From Octopus sinensis (taxonomy: Eukaryota), in assembly GCF_006345805.1 (NCBI RefSeq), contig NC_043009.1, positions 1,426,001 to 1,490,000 of the forward strand: DNA of 64,000 nucleotides, written 5' to 3'. The notes under the pieces are model-generated. The model made no database searches, had not been told where the DNA came from, and saw only the letters and a program-made list of their open reading frames with translations. The position numbers were made by a program, and so were the translations under genes. Shown here piece after piece: positions 62,871 through 64,000 of the stretch; the first letter of the stretch is position 1, and the number at the start of each line of letters is the position of its first letter.

Positions 62871-62994
62871 ATAGTGCTGTGGTCAATTCATTCAACTAAA
62901 ATTTTGCAAGGTGGTGCCCCAGCATGGTCGTAGTGTAACTACTGAAACAAGAAAAGGATAAGAGACAAACATAGACACACGTGTGTTAAGACAG

Positions 62995-63640
62995 AGAGTT
63001 GGCAGAATCATTAGAGCGACAGGAAAAAACGTTTTGCGGTATTTGTCTTGGATCTTAATGTTCTGAGTTCAAACTCTGCCAAGGTCAACTTTGCCTTCCG
63101 TTCTTCCAGGGGTCAATAAAATAAAATATCAGTTAAGTCCTGCGGTCAAAGGTGTCAACTGATTCACTTCCTTCAAACCTGCTGGCCTTAGGCTTCAATT
63201 AAAATATATAAACACACACACACACACACAACAGAGAAAAAAAGGTGATTGTATGTGTGTGTGTGTGTGTGTATATATATATACTTTTATTCTTTAATTG
63301 GTTTCGGTCATGTGACTGTGGTCATGCTGGAGCGCTGCCTTTAGTTGAATAAATCAACCCCAGGACTTATTCTTAGCAAGCCTAGTACTTATTCTATTGA
63401 TATCTTTTGCCGAACCACTACCAACATCAGTTATCAAGCGATGGGGGTAGGGACAAACACATACACACACATATATATATACGATGGGCTTCTTTCAGTT
63501 TCTGTCTACCACATCCACTCACAAAGCTTTTGTCGACCCGAGGCTATAGTAGAAGACAATTGCTCAAGGTGCCTTGCAGTGGGACTGAACCCAGAACCAA
63601 GTGGTTGGGAAGCAAGCTTCTTACCACGTAACCACTTGTG
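62995..63640. mobile_element. SINE B (+, 62995-63200) and full SINE A1 (-, 63283-63640)
   Basis: Family-diagnostic blocks. Confidence 0.8.
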
Positions 63641-63654
63641 CTGGCAGGCAGGCA

Positions 63655-63667
63655 GATAGATGGATAG

Positions 63668-63705
<38 letters not shown>

Positions 63706-63744
63706 ATAATAGATAGATAGATAGATAGATAGATAGGTAAATAA

Positions 63745-63776
<32 letters not shown>

Positions 63777-63795
63777 GTAAATAAATAGATAGATA
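63655..63795. repeat. (GATA)n array
   Basis: Direct reading. Confidence 0.95.
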
Positions 63796-64000
63796 TGTTT
63801 CTTTATTAGCCACACAGGGCTGCCACAGATAGAACAATTACAAGGTAGAGCGCTTTTCTTTTGAAGGTTTAAAAAAAAAAAAAAAAAAAAAGGACGGGGG
63901 AGTTTCGATCAAAAGGGATCGTAAAAGGAGAGAAAGAGGACAAAAAAAGGGGGTTAAAAAAAAGGGGGGGTTAAAAAAAAGGGGGAGAGGAAAAAAAAAA
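63796..64000 (-). mobile_element. probable non-LTR element 3' UTR (L1/Tx1-like), truncated by window edge
   Basis: Pyrimidine-rich minus strand ending GGCTAATAAAGAAACAT then (TATC)n; no coding part visible. Confidence 0.4.

Noticed and set aside
4140-63837. Most ORFs in the track ([16 protein letters not shown], poly-Y/H/V proteins)
   Set aside because: They are translations of microsatellites or SINE bodies; no domain content.

Overview
Repeat-saturated, AT-rich animal genomic DNA. The SINE/LINE repertoire and dense (TA)n/(CA)n/(AAT)n/(GATA)n microsatellites look like an Octopus genome (inference from recognition, not a search). No host protein-coding gene can be confidently called; almost all ORFs in the track are microsatellite or SINE read-through. 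The window holds dozens of tRNA-derived SINEs (labelled here A, B, C, D), 5'-truncated RTE LINEs, three R4/Dong-type RLE LINE fragments (two abutting AAT repeats), two mariner relics and piggyBac-like TTAA MITEs. The most notable signal is a set of ORF-less elements carrying minimal type I hammerhead ribozyme motifs with (near-)palindromic stem III, of the kind known from Penelope-like elements. These are one 102-bp perfect fold-back (8142-8416), two copies of a head-to-head fold-back with a hammerhead in each arm (about 11395 and 48415), a tRNA-headed SINE-like element with a hammerhead-like 3' part (41878-42190), and a decayed motif at 19035-19099. Most repeat boundaries are approximate (about 10-20 bp) unless a TSD or TIR is quoted. 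All alignments and folds were done by eye.
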